Assembly (NCBI GenBank): GCA_033344795.1
Contig: JAWPMS010000001.1
Coordinates: 4,488,966-4,552,965 of the forward strand
Source of the DNA: Acidimicrobiia bacterium
GTDB lineage: Bacteria; Actinomycetota; Acidimicrobiia; Acidimicrobiales; SHLQ01
Length of the DNA stretch: 64,000 nt
Direction: 5' to 3'
Below, in pieces: positions 38,461-48,422 of this stretch; the first letter of the stretch is position 1; every line of letters begins with the position of its first letter. The notes beneath the pieces were generated by a model that was given only the letters and a program-made list of their open reading frames with translations, ran no database searches and had not been told where the DNA came from. The position numbers and the translations under genes were made by a program.

Positions 38461-39912
38461 ATGATGCCGGACCACAGCCAGAACAGCCCTACCCATCTAC
38501 TCAGTGCGCGGCATTTGGTTCTTGCGCTGGTGATCGTGATATCGGCGTGTGGCTCTTCGACATCGACGTCTCCTGCGAGTGATCTCGACGTGTCCCCATC
38601 CACGACCTCTTCAGACACAATTGGCTCGACGAGCTCGTCGAGTCAATTGTCGAGCACGACCACCGGCGCCCCATCGGTCACGATCGACGAGGGCACCATG
38701 ATCTCTGCCGTTGTCGCCGGCGCCACAAGCGTCGACCAGTGGACACTCGAGCCAGGCACGTGGACCTCGACGGCGTTCTCGACACCGGTGACGTGGACTT
38801 CCTCGATGGAGTTGCAGCTCATGCGCGAGGCGGCCGGCTTCAGCCAGGTTCGATCTGGCAACACGTCCCTCATGATTCTCGACGTCGAGCGTGTGGCTGA
38901 CGCCCAAGGTTGGAGCGCGTATTCCGGGCTCGACCCCGACCAGCTCGCATCTCGCACTGGAGTCACCGTGGTCGACCGCGGAACGGTCGCGGGCCGAGCC
39001 ACCCAGGTCGAGTGGGCCGACTTCACAATCGACAGCGGTCAGCTTCCCGAAGGTTGGCCATGCGAGTACGCCCCCGAGGCCACCTGTCACTACGGCCTCG
39101 CATCGTCCGGGTTCAGTCTGGATCTGCCACTCGACACGATCATTCGCTGGGCGGATGCAACGGTGGACGATGCCGTGCTGTCGTTCATCACCTTCGGTGA
39201 TCGCGACTCGACCGGGCCCATGGCCGAAGAGGTACTCAATATGGCATCGTCCGCTCAGGTTGGTGCGACGGTCTCCGAAGACGGCATGTCGTTCATCTCG
39301 ACCATTGGCAACAGGGTGAGTTCGTTCGCGTCCGGAACGTACACCGGCCGCGTCGCTGACACGCTTCTGACGTTCGACTTCGACACCGACGTCGACGATT
39401 GGCACGTGAACTTCGCCGGATTCCGCACGCTGGGTTTCTCAAGCACCGAGCCAGCCGCGTCGCTGTTCATCATCGAGTTCTCCGGTTTGATCGATCCAGC
39501 GGCTGCACAGGTCCCCCCACCCGACTTTCCCGAACCGACTCTCGGGGTCACTCCGACTGATGTCGAGGGCGTGGAGGAGTGGCTGGGTCAGATGGTGTCG
39601 ATTGTCGACTCGGGCGACATCGAACTCGGTGGACTCTCAGCGCGATGGTGGGATGTAACGGTTGACGAGTCGGTGGCCAGCTCTCGGTGCGGTCTGGAAC
39701 GCGACTTCAACCCGGACGCTCAATGTGTGACTTTTCTTGCCAACGAGTTGGCGTTCGGCCAACCTTCTTCGTCTGAGGGCCGAGTCTTTTACGTGCCAGA
39801 TGCCAATCTCTGGCTGCAGCTACAACCACAAGATCCGTCTGGGCTCGTGACGTTGGAGGATGCGATCGTGCTGACAGCTCCCCTGATCGATGCGCTCACG
39901 ATCCACTCGTAG
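38461..39912 (+). CDS. Putative lipoprotein
   Basis: Lipobox ISAC, Ser/Thr-rich linker, two loosely similar beta-rich halves; start uncertain. Confidence 0.7.
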   Translation: MMPDHSQNSPTHLLSARHLVLALVIVISACGSSTSTSPASDLDVSPSTTSSDTIGSTSSSSQLSSTTTGAPSVTIDEGTMISAVVAGATSVDQWTLEPGTWTSTAFSTPVTWTSSMELQLMREAAGFSQVRSGNTSLMILDVERVADAQGWSAYSGLDPDQLASRTGVTVVDRGTVAGRATQVEWADFTIDSGQLPEGWPCEYAPEATCHYGLASSGFSLDLPLDTIIRWADATVDDAVLSFITFGDRDSTGPMAEEVLNMASSAQVGATVSEDGMSFISTIGNRVSSFASGTYTGRVADTLLTFDFDTDVDDWHVNFAGFRTLGFSSTEPAASLFIIEFSGLIDPAAAQVPPPDFPEPTLGVTPTDVEGVEEWLGQMVSIVDSGDIELGGLSARWWDVTVDESVASSRCGLERDFNPDAQCVTFLANELAFGQPSSSEGRVFYVPDANLWLQLQPQDPSGLVTLEDAIVLTAPLIDALTIHS

Positions 39913-39921
39913 CGTTCCCCA

Positions 39922-40776
39922 CTACACCGCAGCCCCGACCACGGTGAGATAGCCGTCCTCGAGTGTTGGCGCCACGAGCTCGGCACCTGGTGGCGCTGGC
40001 TCCGAGCCGAGGATGCGATAGCGCCCGTCGGCTTGTCGCCACGAGGCTCGAGCCCACGCTGGCGCTGCGTCGGCTTGCACCCACGTACGACCCGTGGCGG
40101 CGCGGGCCAAAGCATCGGGTGACCCCACGAAACACACCGAACCCTCATCCAGCACCACGATCGTGTCGCAGACCGCGGCCTCGTCGGTGAGGTGCGTCGA
40201 CATCAACACCGTGGCCTCGGTGCGGCGCTGGGCAACGAGGTCGCGGATTCGAAACCGCTCATCAGGGTCGACACCGGCTGCCGGTTCGTCGAGCACAATC
40301 AACGACGGCTGACCGAGCAAAGCCTGGGCCAACCCAAGACGCTGCTTCATACCACCCGACAACGAACCCACCGTGTCGTGCGCACGATCACGCAAGCCCA
40401 CCAGATCGAGCACGTGAAACACCCACTGCCGCCGGCGACGGTCGTCGTCGATGTTCTTGAGTACGGCGATGTAGTCGAGCGCGTCGAACACCCTCGCCGA
40501 CAACGCGAAGCTCACCTGCTGGGGCTGATACCCGAGCCGGCGCCTCACCTCGATGCGATCGGACTCATGCGCTGGGTCGAGACCATCGATCAGCAGCGAC
40601 CCACTGTCGGGCCGAACCACGGTGGCCACACAACGCAGCAACGTCGTCTTGCCTGCACCATTCGGTCCGAGGACAGCGATGAGACCACCCTGCACAGCCA
40701 GGTCGACCCCCGCCAACGCGGGGCGTTTGCCGAAGTTCTTCACCAGGTCGGTGCCGAGGATCTGCGTGGCGGTCAC
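39922..40776 (-). CDS. ABC transporter ATP-binding protein
   Basis: GPNGAGKTT, LSGGM, VLDEP, STH. Confidence 0.93.
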   Translation of the reverse strand: MTATQILGTDLVKNFGKRPALAGVDLAVQGGLIAVLGPNGAGKTTLLRCVATVVRPDSGSLLIDGLDPAHESDRIEVRRRLGYQPQQVSFALSARVFDALDYIAVLKNIDDDRRRRQWVFHVLDLVGLRDRAHDTVGSLSGGMKQRLGLAQALLGQPSLIVLDEPAAGVDPDERFRIRDLVAQRRTEATVLMSTHLTDEAAVCDTIVVLDEGSVCFVGSPDALARAATGRTWVQADAAPAWARASWRQADGRYRILGSEPAPPGAELVAPTLEDGYLTVVGAAV

Positions 40777-41483
40777 AGCCGCACTGCCAACAGGTCGAAG
40801 CGGTCACGTCGTTGCCACAACACTGCGAAGGCCGCCGCCGCACCGAAGAGGTACAACACCTGCGCTGGGGCGGTGAACGCTGCCAGCCGGTCGCTCGCGG
40901 CGCCGTTCACCACGAGCAGAAACACCAGCCACATACCTGTGGTGACAGCCGCGGCCTTGCGGGGCGACAGCCAGGTCGAAACGGCGAGCGAGGTAAACGT
41001 GAGAGCGAACGACGGCAACAACCACGCCACGGCCCAGAAGCCAGCGGCCGGGTTCAACACCGCAGCGAAGGTCAGCAGCAATGCAGACACGATCAGGATC
41101 ACGGCCGCACGGGTGAGCACGAGGGTCAGACCTCGCATGGGGGTCGCCACGCCGATCTCGTGGCTCGGATCTGCCTCGACCCCATACGCGAACGACACGC
41201 CCAGCACCGGAATCAACGGCGCCAACGCCAGGAAGCCAAGGATGTTGTCGGCATTGGTAGCCGTGTCGCCCGCAATCAGCGCAACGAACATCACCACGGC
41301 GACCGCCACGAACCATGCCCGACGCAGGCCGGGGGTCGCAAGCGCCACACGGGTCAGGCGTGGCGCCAACCCGAGTCGACGCACCAACCGCTCGAGTCGG
41401 CTCGCCGCAGGAACGTCGAGCTCGACCGTGATGGCTTGCCAGTTTCGCTCGAGGCGAGCGGGATCAATGAGTGGAGTACTCAT
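40773..41483 (-). CDS. Multi-pass membrane protein (ECF-associated permease / anti-sigma-like)
   Basis: ATPGLRRAW, LAPLIPVLGV..YG..DP; about six TMs; 4-nt overlaps on both sides. Confidence 0.8.
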   Translation of the reverse strand: MSTPLIDPARLERNWQAITVELDVPAASRLERLVRRLGLAPRLTRVALATPGLRRAWFVAVAVVMFVALIAGDTATNADNILGFLALAPLIPVLGVSFAYGVEADPSHEIGVATPMRGLTLVLTRAAVILIVSALLLTFAAVLNPAAGFWAVAWLLPSFALTFTSLAVSTWLSPRKAAAVTTGMWLVFLLVVNGAASDRLAAFTAPAQVLYLFGAAAAFAVLWQRRDRFDLLAVRL

Positions 41484-42010
41484 GTCAGGATCTCCTGAAG
41501 TTGGGTGCGGGCCCGCATCATCCGGGTCTTCACCGTGCCTTGCGGAACACCGAGCAAACGGGCCGCTTCTTTCGTGCTGAGACCATCGATCGCCGTGGCG
41601 ACCATGACGGCCTGAAGGTCTGGTTCGAGCTGACGCAGCGCAGCTGGCAGCGGGCCATGGGCACCGCTCGATACAAACGTCTCTTCGAAACTCACCGCGC
41701 CCTCGGTGATGGTGTCGGGGGCGACGGGGACTGCGCGCGTCTTGCGCATCTGGTCGATCAACTTGCGAATGGCGATGCCCCACAACCACGCCGCCACCGC
41801 ACCCTGCCCCTTGTAGTTGCCGGGTTTCTTCCACACAGCAACAAACGTGTCTTGGATGGCGATGTCGACCATGTCCTCATCGGAACAACGGGTCTGCAAG
41901 CGCTGGGTCAACCAGAGGGCGTTGCGACGATAGAGCTGCTCGAGCGCGCTCCTGTCTTGGCGCGCGATGCGAGCCAGCAGCGCTTCGTCCTCACCGCGTT
42001 GTTCGTCCAT
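41480..42010 (-). CDS. ECF RNA polymerase sigma factor
   Basis: QDTFVAVW, WLWGIAIRKLID, EAARLLGVPQGTVKTR. Confidence 0.92.
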   Translation of the reverse strand: MDEQRGEDEALLARIARQDRSALEQLYRRNALWLTQRLQTRCSDEDMVDIAIQDTFVAVWKKPGNYKGQGAVAAWLWGIAIRKLIDQMRKTRAVPVAPDTITEGAVSFEETFVSSGAHGPLPAALRQLEPDLQAVMVATAIDGLSTKEAARLLGVPQGTVKTRMMRARTQLQEILT

Positions 42011-42156
42011 CACATCTCTGTCGTGTCGGCGAACCAAAACGGTTCACGCATCGCACATCTTTCCTTGGGCCCATCATTTCGCATAGTGCCCATCGGCGGC
42101 GGAACGGCTGGAAGTAGGCCAAACGACCTACTTGTTCGGCGCAGTCGTTTCCTGCC

Positions 42157-42178
42157 TGTCAGATGCCCTCTGTATGGT
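42157..42178 (+). promoter_or_regulatory. PafBC/RecA-NDp-like promoter
   Basis: TGTCAG-atgccctctg-TATGGT upstream of the TA pair. Confidence 0.55.
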
Positions 42179-42223
42179 CGGTTGTGCCTCGTGGAACGGC
42201 CGGTTCCTCCGTCGATCTCCCTC

Positions 42224-42242
42224 TGCATGCAGAATGCATGCA
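42224..42242. promoter_or_regulatory. Palindromic operator of the TA operon
   Basis: TGCATGCA-gaa-TGCATGCA, 20 nt before the antitoxin start. Confidence 0.6.
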
Positions 42243-42262
42243 TCACAGGTATTATGATATTC

Positions 42263-42496
42263 ATGCCCGCCGTCACCATCCGCGACGTACCCGACGAGAC
42301 CCGCAACGTGCTTGCCGCTCGAGCAGCCAGGAACGGTCAATCGCTCCAGGAGTTCCTCCGTGGCGCGCTCATGCAACTGGCTGACCAACCAGACCTCCAC
42401 GAACTGTTCGATGAGGTGCGGGCTCGCAAGAACGCAGCCGGTTCCCAGATCGGCACCGAAACAATCGTCGACGCCGTCCATGGCGACCGGCCATGA
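42263..42496 (+). CDS. vapB: FitA-like ribbon-helix-helix antitoxin
   Basis: VTIRDVPDE..LAARAA..GQSLQEFL; ATGA overlap with PIN gene. Confidence 0.85.
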   Translation: MPAVTIRDVPDETRNVLAARAARNGQSLQEFLRGALMQLADQPDLHELFDEVRARKNAAGSQIGTETIVDAVHGDRP

Positions 42497-42888
42497 CAAT
42501 CGTCGTCGACGCATCAACCGTCGTCGCTGCACTCGTCGACAACAGCGCCGAGGGGCGATGGGCCGAGGAACAGCTACGAAACGCAACCCAACTGATCGCT
42601 CCCGCCCACATGCATATCGAGGCGGCCAATGCGCTCCGTCGGCTCGAAGCAAGTGGTCATATCGACGCCACTACGGCCAACATCGCCTTCACCGACCTGC
42701 AACGTCTTCCCGTACTCCCGATGGCCTTCGGTGTCATCGGCGATCGAGTCTGGAGCCTGCGCAACAACCTGACGAGCTACGACGCCGCCTACGTTGCGAC
42801 CGCCGAACTGGTCAACGCTTCACTCGCAACGCTCGATCGCCGGCTTTCGAACGCACCCGGCACACGGTGCGCCTTTCTCACTCCATAA
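42493..42888 (+). CDS. vapC: PIN-domain toxin
   Basis: VVDAS, E, YDAAYVA, TLDRRL. Confidence 0.92.
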   Translation: MTIVVDASTVVAALVDNSAEGRWAEEQLRNATQLIAPAHMHIEAANALRRLEASGHIDATTANIAFTDLQRLPVLPMAFGVIGDRVWSLRNNLTSYDAAYVATAELVNASLATLDRRLSNAPGTRCAFLTP

Positions 42889-42910
42889 CGTTCCGACGAA
42901 TAGCCGAAAC

Positions 42911-43441
42911 TCACTCGTCCCAGAACTCACACGTACCCATCCGCCGTTCCTGCGCCCGCCCACCGCAGTTCTCGGCGATCTGTTCTTCGACGCTGTCAAT
43001 GGGAGACGCCAGCCAGAGGTCGTCGCACGCGGCATTGTCGCCACCCTCACACGAGGTGACGAGGGCGCCAAGATCAGCGTCGACGCTGTCGTTGAACGCA
43101 ATCGCGCCATCGGAATCGAAGTCCTCGAACGCCTCTGCCATGTCGGCCTCGAGCTCGGCGAAACCTTCGCTGAACATCTCGTTGAAGATCTCCTCGAGAC
43201 AACCAGCCATGGCGAGCTCTGCGTCGGCCGGGATGTCGCTGCTCGGAGACATACCCTCGACATCATCGAGGTCGATGCCTGCGTCCTCGAACGACGTGAT
43301 GATGCAGTCGGCCGAGGTTTCGCTCATCCCCTCGGCGAGTAGGTCGGAACGAAGATCGTCCTCTGGTGACGAGCATCCCGTGGCGAGAAGGGCGATGGCG
43401 ATGGCCAGCCCGGCGGCGTGGACAAATCGAGGAGTGTTCAT
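42911..43441 (-). CDS. Acidic lipoprotein with Cys-containing C-terminal domain
   Basis: Lipobox ATGC; CEGGDNAACDDL..CGGR. Confidence 0.75.
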   Translation of the reverse strand: MNTPRFVHAAGLAIAIALLATGCSSPEDDLRSDLLAEGMSETSADCIITSFEDAGIDLDDVEGMSPSSDIPADAELAMAGCLEEIFNEMFSEGFAELEADMAEAFEDFDSDGAIAFNDSVDADLGALVTSCEGGDNAACDDLWLASPIDSVEEQIAENCGGRAQERRMGTCEFWDE

Positions 43442-43580
43442 GCACTCGTAGTTCGACGCGCCCAAGAAACGACTTGAGCCTGCCCGCACATCTCAACTGC
43501 GGATCGACCCTCACCTAGGCCGAACGGCCCAAATCAGCGTTCTCGTGAACCGGTCGACCATCTCGCCACGACAGAGGGGC

Positions 43581-44765
43581 ATGACTGACACACTCACCCC
43601 TCCCTCCGCCGGAGATGAGCCGAGCTTCCGCTGGGACTCCGCCCCGACGACCCCACCTCTCCCCCACGCACTCGTCCCGCCACCCGCGCCGGACGCCGTG
43701 CAGACCACCCCTCCACCACCGCAACCGCCCGAGACATCGAAGCTCCGCCGTGGTCTCGGCATTCTTGGCCACATCCTCTTCGTGGCCGGAGGTGTAGCGC
43801 TCTCCTTGCAGATCGATAGCGGCGTCATGACCGCCGTCGTGGTCCTCTTTGTGATCCTCGCCCCATTCGAAAAGCTCTATCCCCGCCAGAAGGGCCAGAA
43901 GTGGCGCCGGCCGCTGGCCGCCAACGACATCAGCTTCGCGCTGATGAACCCGCTGTTGAGCGTCGTTGGTGGCATCGCCTTCATCGGCATCGGCGCCCTG
44001 AGCTTGTTCTGGCTCCCCGGCCTCGCGTTCCGCCCACTGGTCGCCATGATCCCCGGCTGGGCCTTGCCGATCGTCGCGTTCGCCCTCTTCGACTTCCTCG
44101 GCTACTGGACGCACCGCTGGGCCCACGAGGTGCCGTTCCTGTGGCGCTTCCACGCCGTGCACCACTCGCCCGAACACATGGACTGGGTCAGCGGTTTCCG
44201 CATCCACCCCTTCGACGGCGTGCTCATCGGCCCGGCTGTGCTGTTCCTGCTCGCCGCTGGCTTCGATGCCGAACTCACCGGTGTGCTGGCCATCGTGCAG
44301 ATCGTCCTCGGCCTGTTCTTCCACGCCAACGTTCGAGTTCGCTGGCGTCGCCTCGACAAGTTCCTCGCCAACCCCGAGTTCCACCACTGGCACCACGCCA
44401 ACGAAGCCGACTCCATCGGCCACAACTACGCCCCAGGGCTGCCCCTGTGGGATCTCGCCTTCGGCACGTTCTTCATGCCCAACCATAAAACCGGACGGCG
44501 CCCGCAGCACTACGGCATCGACGAGTACCTCCCCCGGAACATGGTCGGCCAGCTCAGCTACCCACTACGCGGCTCGCGGCAGTACGTGAGCCTGTGGCGT
44601 CACCCGATCAAGGCCACCAAGCTCGGTTACCGCGGCGTGCGAAAACTGCTGGGCGACGTGTGGGCCACGACCCGCCGCCCCACCCACTCGGTGCGCCGCG
44701 AGACCGTGCCCGGTTCGTTCTCGACCAACTCGAGCCTCTTCGACAAGACACCTGCTGATGCATAG
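43581..44765 (+). CDS. Sterol desaturase / fatty-acid hydroxylase family protein
   Basis: His boxes HRWAH, HAVHH, FFH, HHWHH; NYA; TM segments. Confidence 0.92.
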   Translation: MTDTLTPPSAGDEPSFRWDSAPTTPPLPHALVPPPAPDAVQTTPPPPQPPETSKLRRGLGILGHILFVAGGVALSLQIDSGVMTAVVVLFVILAPFEKLYPRQKGQKWRRPLAANDISFALMNPLLSVVGGIAFIGIGALSLFWLPGLAFRPLVAMIPGWALPIVAFALFDFLGYWTHRWAHEVPFLWRFHAVHHSPEHMDWVSGFRIHPFDGVLIGPAVLFLLAAGFDAELTGVLAIVQIVLGLFFHANVRVRWRRLDKFLANPEFHHWHHANEADSIGHNYAPGLPLWDLAFGTFFMPNHKTGRRPQHYGIDEYLPRNMVGQLSYPLRGSRQYVSLWRHPIKATKLGYRGVRKLLGDVWATTRRPTHSVRRETVPGSFSTNSSLFDKTPADA

Positions 44766-44771
44766 GACCGT

Positions 44772-44793
44772 TGTCACACCCCAGCGCGAGGCT
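44772..44793 (+). promoter_or_regulatory. PafBC/RecA-NDp-like promoter, leaderless
   Basis: TGTCAC-accccagcgc-GAGGCT, 6 nt before ATG 44800. Confidence 0.5.
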
Positions 44794-44799
44794 CGTGAC

Positions 44800-45276
44800 A
44801 TGTGCATGACATGTGATGGATACACCGAAGAAGAACAACACCGTTGGCGCGAACTCACCATCCTCACGAATGGTTGGGCAGTCCTCGGCGTCGAACCAAC
44901 TGACCCTCACGACCCATTCGGCGGCTGGGCGTTCACCATCGGAGCGACCGAGAGCTTCGGCCTGCAAGAGTTCATCATCACCGACCGACCGTGGGCTGAA
45001 GCTGGTCACGTCTTGAACTGGGTGATCGAGAAGCTGCGAGACGGCGGCACGATGGCCGATCTCGAAGCCGACCAAATTCTCTGGCAGCCGGTGCACGACG
45101 ACCACCTCCGCACCGACCTATTCAACCAGTTCCACTGGCACTACGACGAATGGCCACGACCAGGGCAGGTCATTCAACTCTTCCCGTCTTCCCACGACAC
45201 CTGCGCCACATGTGTCAAAGATGCGAGCGTCGACCTGTCGGATTCGACCTCCCGGGTCGACCAGAACCGCCTCTAG
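44800..45276 (+). CDS. DUF4262-like protein
   Basis: MCMTCDG, GWAVLGV, WAFTIG, GLQEFII, IQL. Confidence 0.75.
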   Translation: MCMTCDGYTEEEQHRWRELTILTNGWAVLGVEPTDPHDPFGGWAFTIGATESFGLQEFIITDRPWAEAGHVLNWVIEKLRDGGTMADLEADQILWQPVHDDHLRTDLFNQFHWHYDEWPRPGQVIQLFPSSHDTCATCVKDASVDLSDSTSRVDQNRL

Positions 45277-45319
45277 CCAGCGGCCACTCGACCGAAAGGG
45301 ATTGCTTGTGGCTGGAGTA

Positions 45320-45331
45320 ATACGATCGTAT
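45320..45331. promoter_or_regulatory. Palindrome, candidate TA operator
   Basis: ATACGATCGTAT, flanked by GCTTGT...ACAAGC. Confidence 0.5.
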
Positions 45332-45361
45332 GATGATTACAAGCTAGGCGTAGGACGCTCG

Positions 45362-45646
45362 ATGACCAAGAATAAGCAACGTCTGACCATCACCGTCGAC
45401 CCGCGGCTCGCCGACGCTGGACAGCAAGCAGTCGCGGACGGCAAAGCCGACTCCGTGAGCGGCTGGATCAGCGACGCAATCGAAGAGAAGATCGACCGAG
45501 ATCGCAAACTCGAACACTTGGCAGCTGCGATCGCCGACTTCGAAGCGGAGTACGGCGGCATCACCGAAGAGGAGATCGCTGCGCAGCTACGTGCCGACCG
45601 AACCAAAGCGACCGTGGTGCGCGGCGCAGCGGCCACGTCTGCATGA
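45362..45646 (+). CDS. Ribbon-helix-helix antitoxin
   Basis: KQRLTITVD, SVSGWI, FEAEYGGITEEE; ATGA overlap. Confidence 0.8.
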   Translation: MTKNKQRLTITVDPRLADAGQQAVADGKADSVSGWISDAIEEKIDRDRKLEHLAAAIADFEAEYGGITEEEIAAQLRADRTKATVVRGAAATSA

Positions 45647-46020
45647 GTCTCATCCTCGACACCGGTGCACTGGTAGCGCTCGAACGAAATGAACGGCCGA
45701 TGTGGGTGCGCCTGAAAGCAGCACAGCTCGATGGTGACGTACCTCTAACCCATGCCGGAGTCATCGGCCAAGCGTGGCGGGGCGGCCCTCGGCAAGCGCG
45801 CCTTGCAACCGCGCTCAAAGGCATCCACATCCATTCAATCGACGAAACGACCGGCCGTCTCGCCGGACAACTCCTCGGTGCCGCCGAACTTCACGATGTG
45901 ATCGACGCGGCCGTCGCCCTCCTTGCTCACGACGGCGACAGCATCATCACCTCCGACCACGACGACCTCGAAACGCTCGCAAACACACTCGGCCGTCACA
46001 TCGAGCTCGTCTACCCGTAA
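45643..46020 (+). CDS. vapC: PIN-domain toxin
   Basis: ILDTGALVA, DVIDA, TSDHDD. Confidence 0.85.
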   Translation: MSLILDTGALVALERNERPMWVRLKAAQLDGDVPLTHAGVIGQAWRGGPRQARLATALKGIHIHSIDETTGRLAGQLLGAAELHDVIDAAVALLAHDGDSIITSDHDDLETLANTLGRHIELVYP

Positions 46021-46057
46021 GGCAAAGCGGACCCCGGACCTGCCCAGCTCGGCGGCG

Positions 46058-46079
46058 TGTCAGAGGCATGTGCCAAACT
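46058..46079 (+). promoter_or_regulatory. PafBC/RecA-NDp-like promoter
   Basis: TGTCAG-aggcatgtgc-CAAACT. Confidence 0.45.
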
Positions 46080-46160
46080 ACCGATACCCCTTGGATGCAC
46101 GGTACTGAGTGCGCCCCGCTGAACATCACGCCCGTCTGGGCATGTCACCGGAGCACTCAG

Positions 46161-46658
46161 ATGCGATTTCCCACACCCCTCGACCAGCTGATGGCCGACA
46201 TGGAGATGCGAATCATCACCAACGGCTACACCATCCAAGGCGTACTAGCGGACCAAAGCAGCGTCGCTTGGACCTACACGATCGGGCTCTCGAAGAGCTT
46301 CGATCTGCCCGAGCTCGTCATCACCAACCTCGACAACCACGATGCAGTCGCGCTGCTCACGTGGACGATCGAGCAACTGCGCAATGGCGAGAGCCTCGAC
46401 GACCTCGACCCCCTTCAGTTGGCGGCAGTACCCGTGCACCGCTCGCACCTTCGCGGCGATCTCATGAACATGTGGCGCGAGTACTACGACGAGGACCCGA
46501 GTTCGGTCGATGTCATCCAGCTACAACTCGGCGACGAGCTGACTTGCCCCTGCTGCCTCGACACGCAGGTCGACCTCGCCGACCCGAACGCCACGTTTGG
46601 CCTCACTCAACCGACCAACCGGGCACAACGCCGAGCTCAACGCAAGAAGCGCCGATGA
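46161..46658 (+). CDS. DUF4262-like protein (paralogue of 44800..45276)
   Basis: NGYTIQGV, WTYTIG, LPELVI, PVHRSHLRGDL; NRAQRR tail; start uncertain. Confidence 0.75.
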   Translation: MRFPTPLDQLMADMEMRIITNGYTIQGVLADQSSVAWTYTIGLSKSFDLPELVITNLDNHDAVALLTWTIEQLRNGESLDDLDPLQLAAVPVHRSHLRGDLMNMWREYYDEDPSSVDVIQLQLGDELTCPCCLDTQVDLADPNATFGLTQPTNRAQRRAQRKKRR

Positions 46659-46713
46659 TCCGGGACCAAGGGTCACAATAGACTCTGCGAGCGGCAAACC
46701 TGCCTACTCGGGT

Positions 46714-48393
46714 TCAGTCCAACCCGTACGAGCGGAGTCGGCGGTAGAGGGTCGCTCGCGAAACCCCGAGCAACTGCGCCGCCTCGGTTCGATTGCCGTT
46801 CACCTGCGCCAGCGCGCGGCGAATCGCCGCGTCTTCAGCTTGCTGAATGGTGCCGCCTATTCCCGTCCGCGGCGTACCGGCGGGCGGTGGCAGATGGCTG
46901 GCTTCGAGCGGCGCGTTTCGTGCAAGATCGAGCGCGCTGTCGAGTGTGGCAATCAAGCCCGCCACGTTGCCAGTCCACGGTCGACGCCGCAGCGCTGCGA
47001 AGAAGCGATCGGACGCCGTCGTCCGTCCAACAGCAGCCAGATGCTGTCGCGCGATCGGCTCGATGTCCTCGGGTCGCGATCGAAGTGGCGGAACAACGAT
47101 CAGAAGCGGAACGAGGCTGCGAAGACGAGAGACCGGTTCCGAACTTGAGTCGTCCGATGCCATGGTGATGATCAGGCGGGCGGTGCTCGGGCGACGAGCC
47201 AGCGAGGTCAATGCGCGCACGACTCCGTCATCGAGCGAGTCCACATCTCGCACGATCACGACCTGAGGCTGGTCGAGCGCCCCATCGATCGCCGCGAGCC
47301 AATCCTTGGGGCCGTCGAGGGCCACCATCCCAGCGTCGAACACCGAGACATCGACTCCCGACCTCGATGCAATCGATTTGGCGATCTCACACCGCCCCGT
47401 GCCGAACTCGCCGCAGATCAGCAGCGGCTGGCGAACCCTCGCCGCCGATTCAGCCTGACGTACGACCTGCTGCCATGCGGCGCTCTGACCCACCATGGTG
47501 CCGAGCCGAGGTTCTGGCGGAGCAAGGCGAGGCGGCACTCCGATCGTCGAGATCGTCTCCGACACTGTGAAGACCGCGGCATCGGCGTCGAGCACTTCCT
47601 GCACGTCGAGCTGCACCAGACGCCCGTTCCGCCCACCGATCTGAATCGGTGTGCCATTCGCGAGCGACCGTTCGACGTGTCGCCAAATGGAGTCGTGGTC
47701 GTACTCCGCCAAGATCTCTCGAGCCGTCGGTGTCGCGATCCACGTCAGCGGGTTGACGGCAAGTAATGCCGCACTGCGATTCCGACGGTGCCGGATGAAA
47801 CCGTCCAGTAAGAGGCGGTCGCTCGGTGACGCCTTGCTCAACAATCGCTCCTCGATGGTCTGAGCGAGTTGCATGGCCGTGGGCAAAAGAAGTGGCGAGG
47901 TTTCGCTCACCGGGCACACGAGGCCGATCGCTCCGGTGATGCGATGGCTGATCGGATGAATCACCGGTGAGTGCACACACGAGAAGCGCTGGAAGACCTC
48001 GAGATGGTGGTCGGCCCCGACAACGACTGCGGGCCGCTTCGTCGCAAGAGCCGTTCCGACGCCGTTCGTCCCCACCCGATCCTCGGCGAGGCTGTAACCC
48101 ACGGCCAGCGCGTGCTGATCCATCGCTGCAGCTACCTCGTGGGTCCCTGCTCCACGCCAGGCAATGTTGCCGCGGTGGTCTGCAAGGATCACGCCGATGT
48201 CGACGTCGGCGAGCTGATTGAGGATCGTTCGGAACACCGGGTCGGAGAGATCGGCCAGGCGTTCAGCTGCCTCGCCCATGTCACCAAGACTCAGCAACTC
48301 TGCGCCGGACGGGTCGATCCCGTAGAGCGCCGAGCGGCGCGCCGCTTCCCGTAGGTCAGCAGGTTCTACTGAATGGTGCCTACGAACGGTCAT
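46714..48393 (-). CDS. AcoR-like activator (GAF, degenerate AAA, Fis HTH)
   Basis: GTNGVGTAL, GEFGTGR, PPLRSR, WTGNV, GVSRATLYRRL; no GAFTGA loop. Confidence 0.88.
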   Translation of the reverse strand: MTVRRHHSVEPADLREAARRSALYGIDPSGAELLSLGDMGEAAERLADLSDPVFRTILNQLADVDIGVILADHRGNIAWRGAGTHEVAAAMDQHALAVGYSLAEDRVGTNGVGTALATKRPAVVVGADHHLEVFQRFSCVHSPVIHPISHRITGAIGLVCPVSETSPLLLPTAMQLAQTIEERLLSKASPSDRLLLDGFIRHRRNRSAALLAVNPLTWIATPTAREILAEYDHDSIWRHVERSLANGTPIQIGGRNGRLVQLDVQEVLDADAAVFTVSETISTIGVPPRLAPPEPRLGTMVGQSAAWQQVVRQAESAARVRQPLLICGEFGTGRCEIAKSIASRSGVDVSVFDAGMVALDGPKDWLAAIDGALDQPQVVIVRDVDSLDDGVVRALTSLARRPSTARLIITMASDDSSSEPVSRLRSLVPLLIVVPPLRSRPEDIEPIARQHLAAVGRTTASDRFFAALRRRPWTGNVAGLIATLDSALDLARNAPLEASHLPPPAGTPRTGIGGTIQQAEDAAIRRALAQVNGNRTEAAQLLGVSRATLYRRLRSYGLD

Positions 48394-48422
48394 GCAATCC
48401 CCTTGTCCACAAACCTAAGTCT

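Noticed and set aside
43515-44510. 331-aa - strand ORF
   Set aside because: Antisense to the desaturase.
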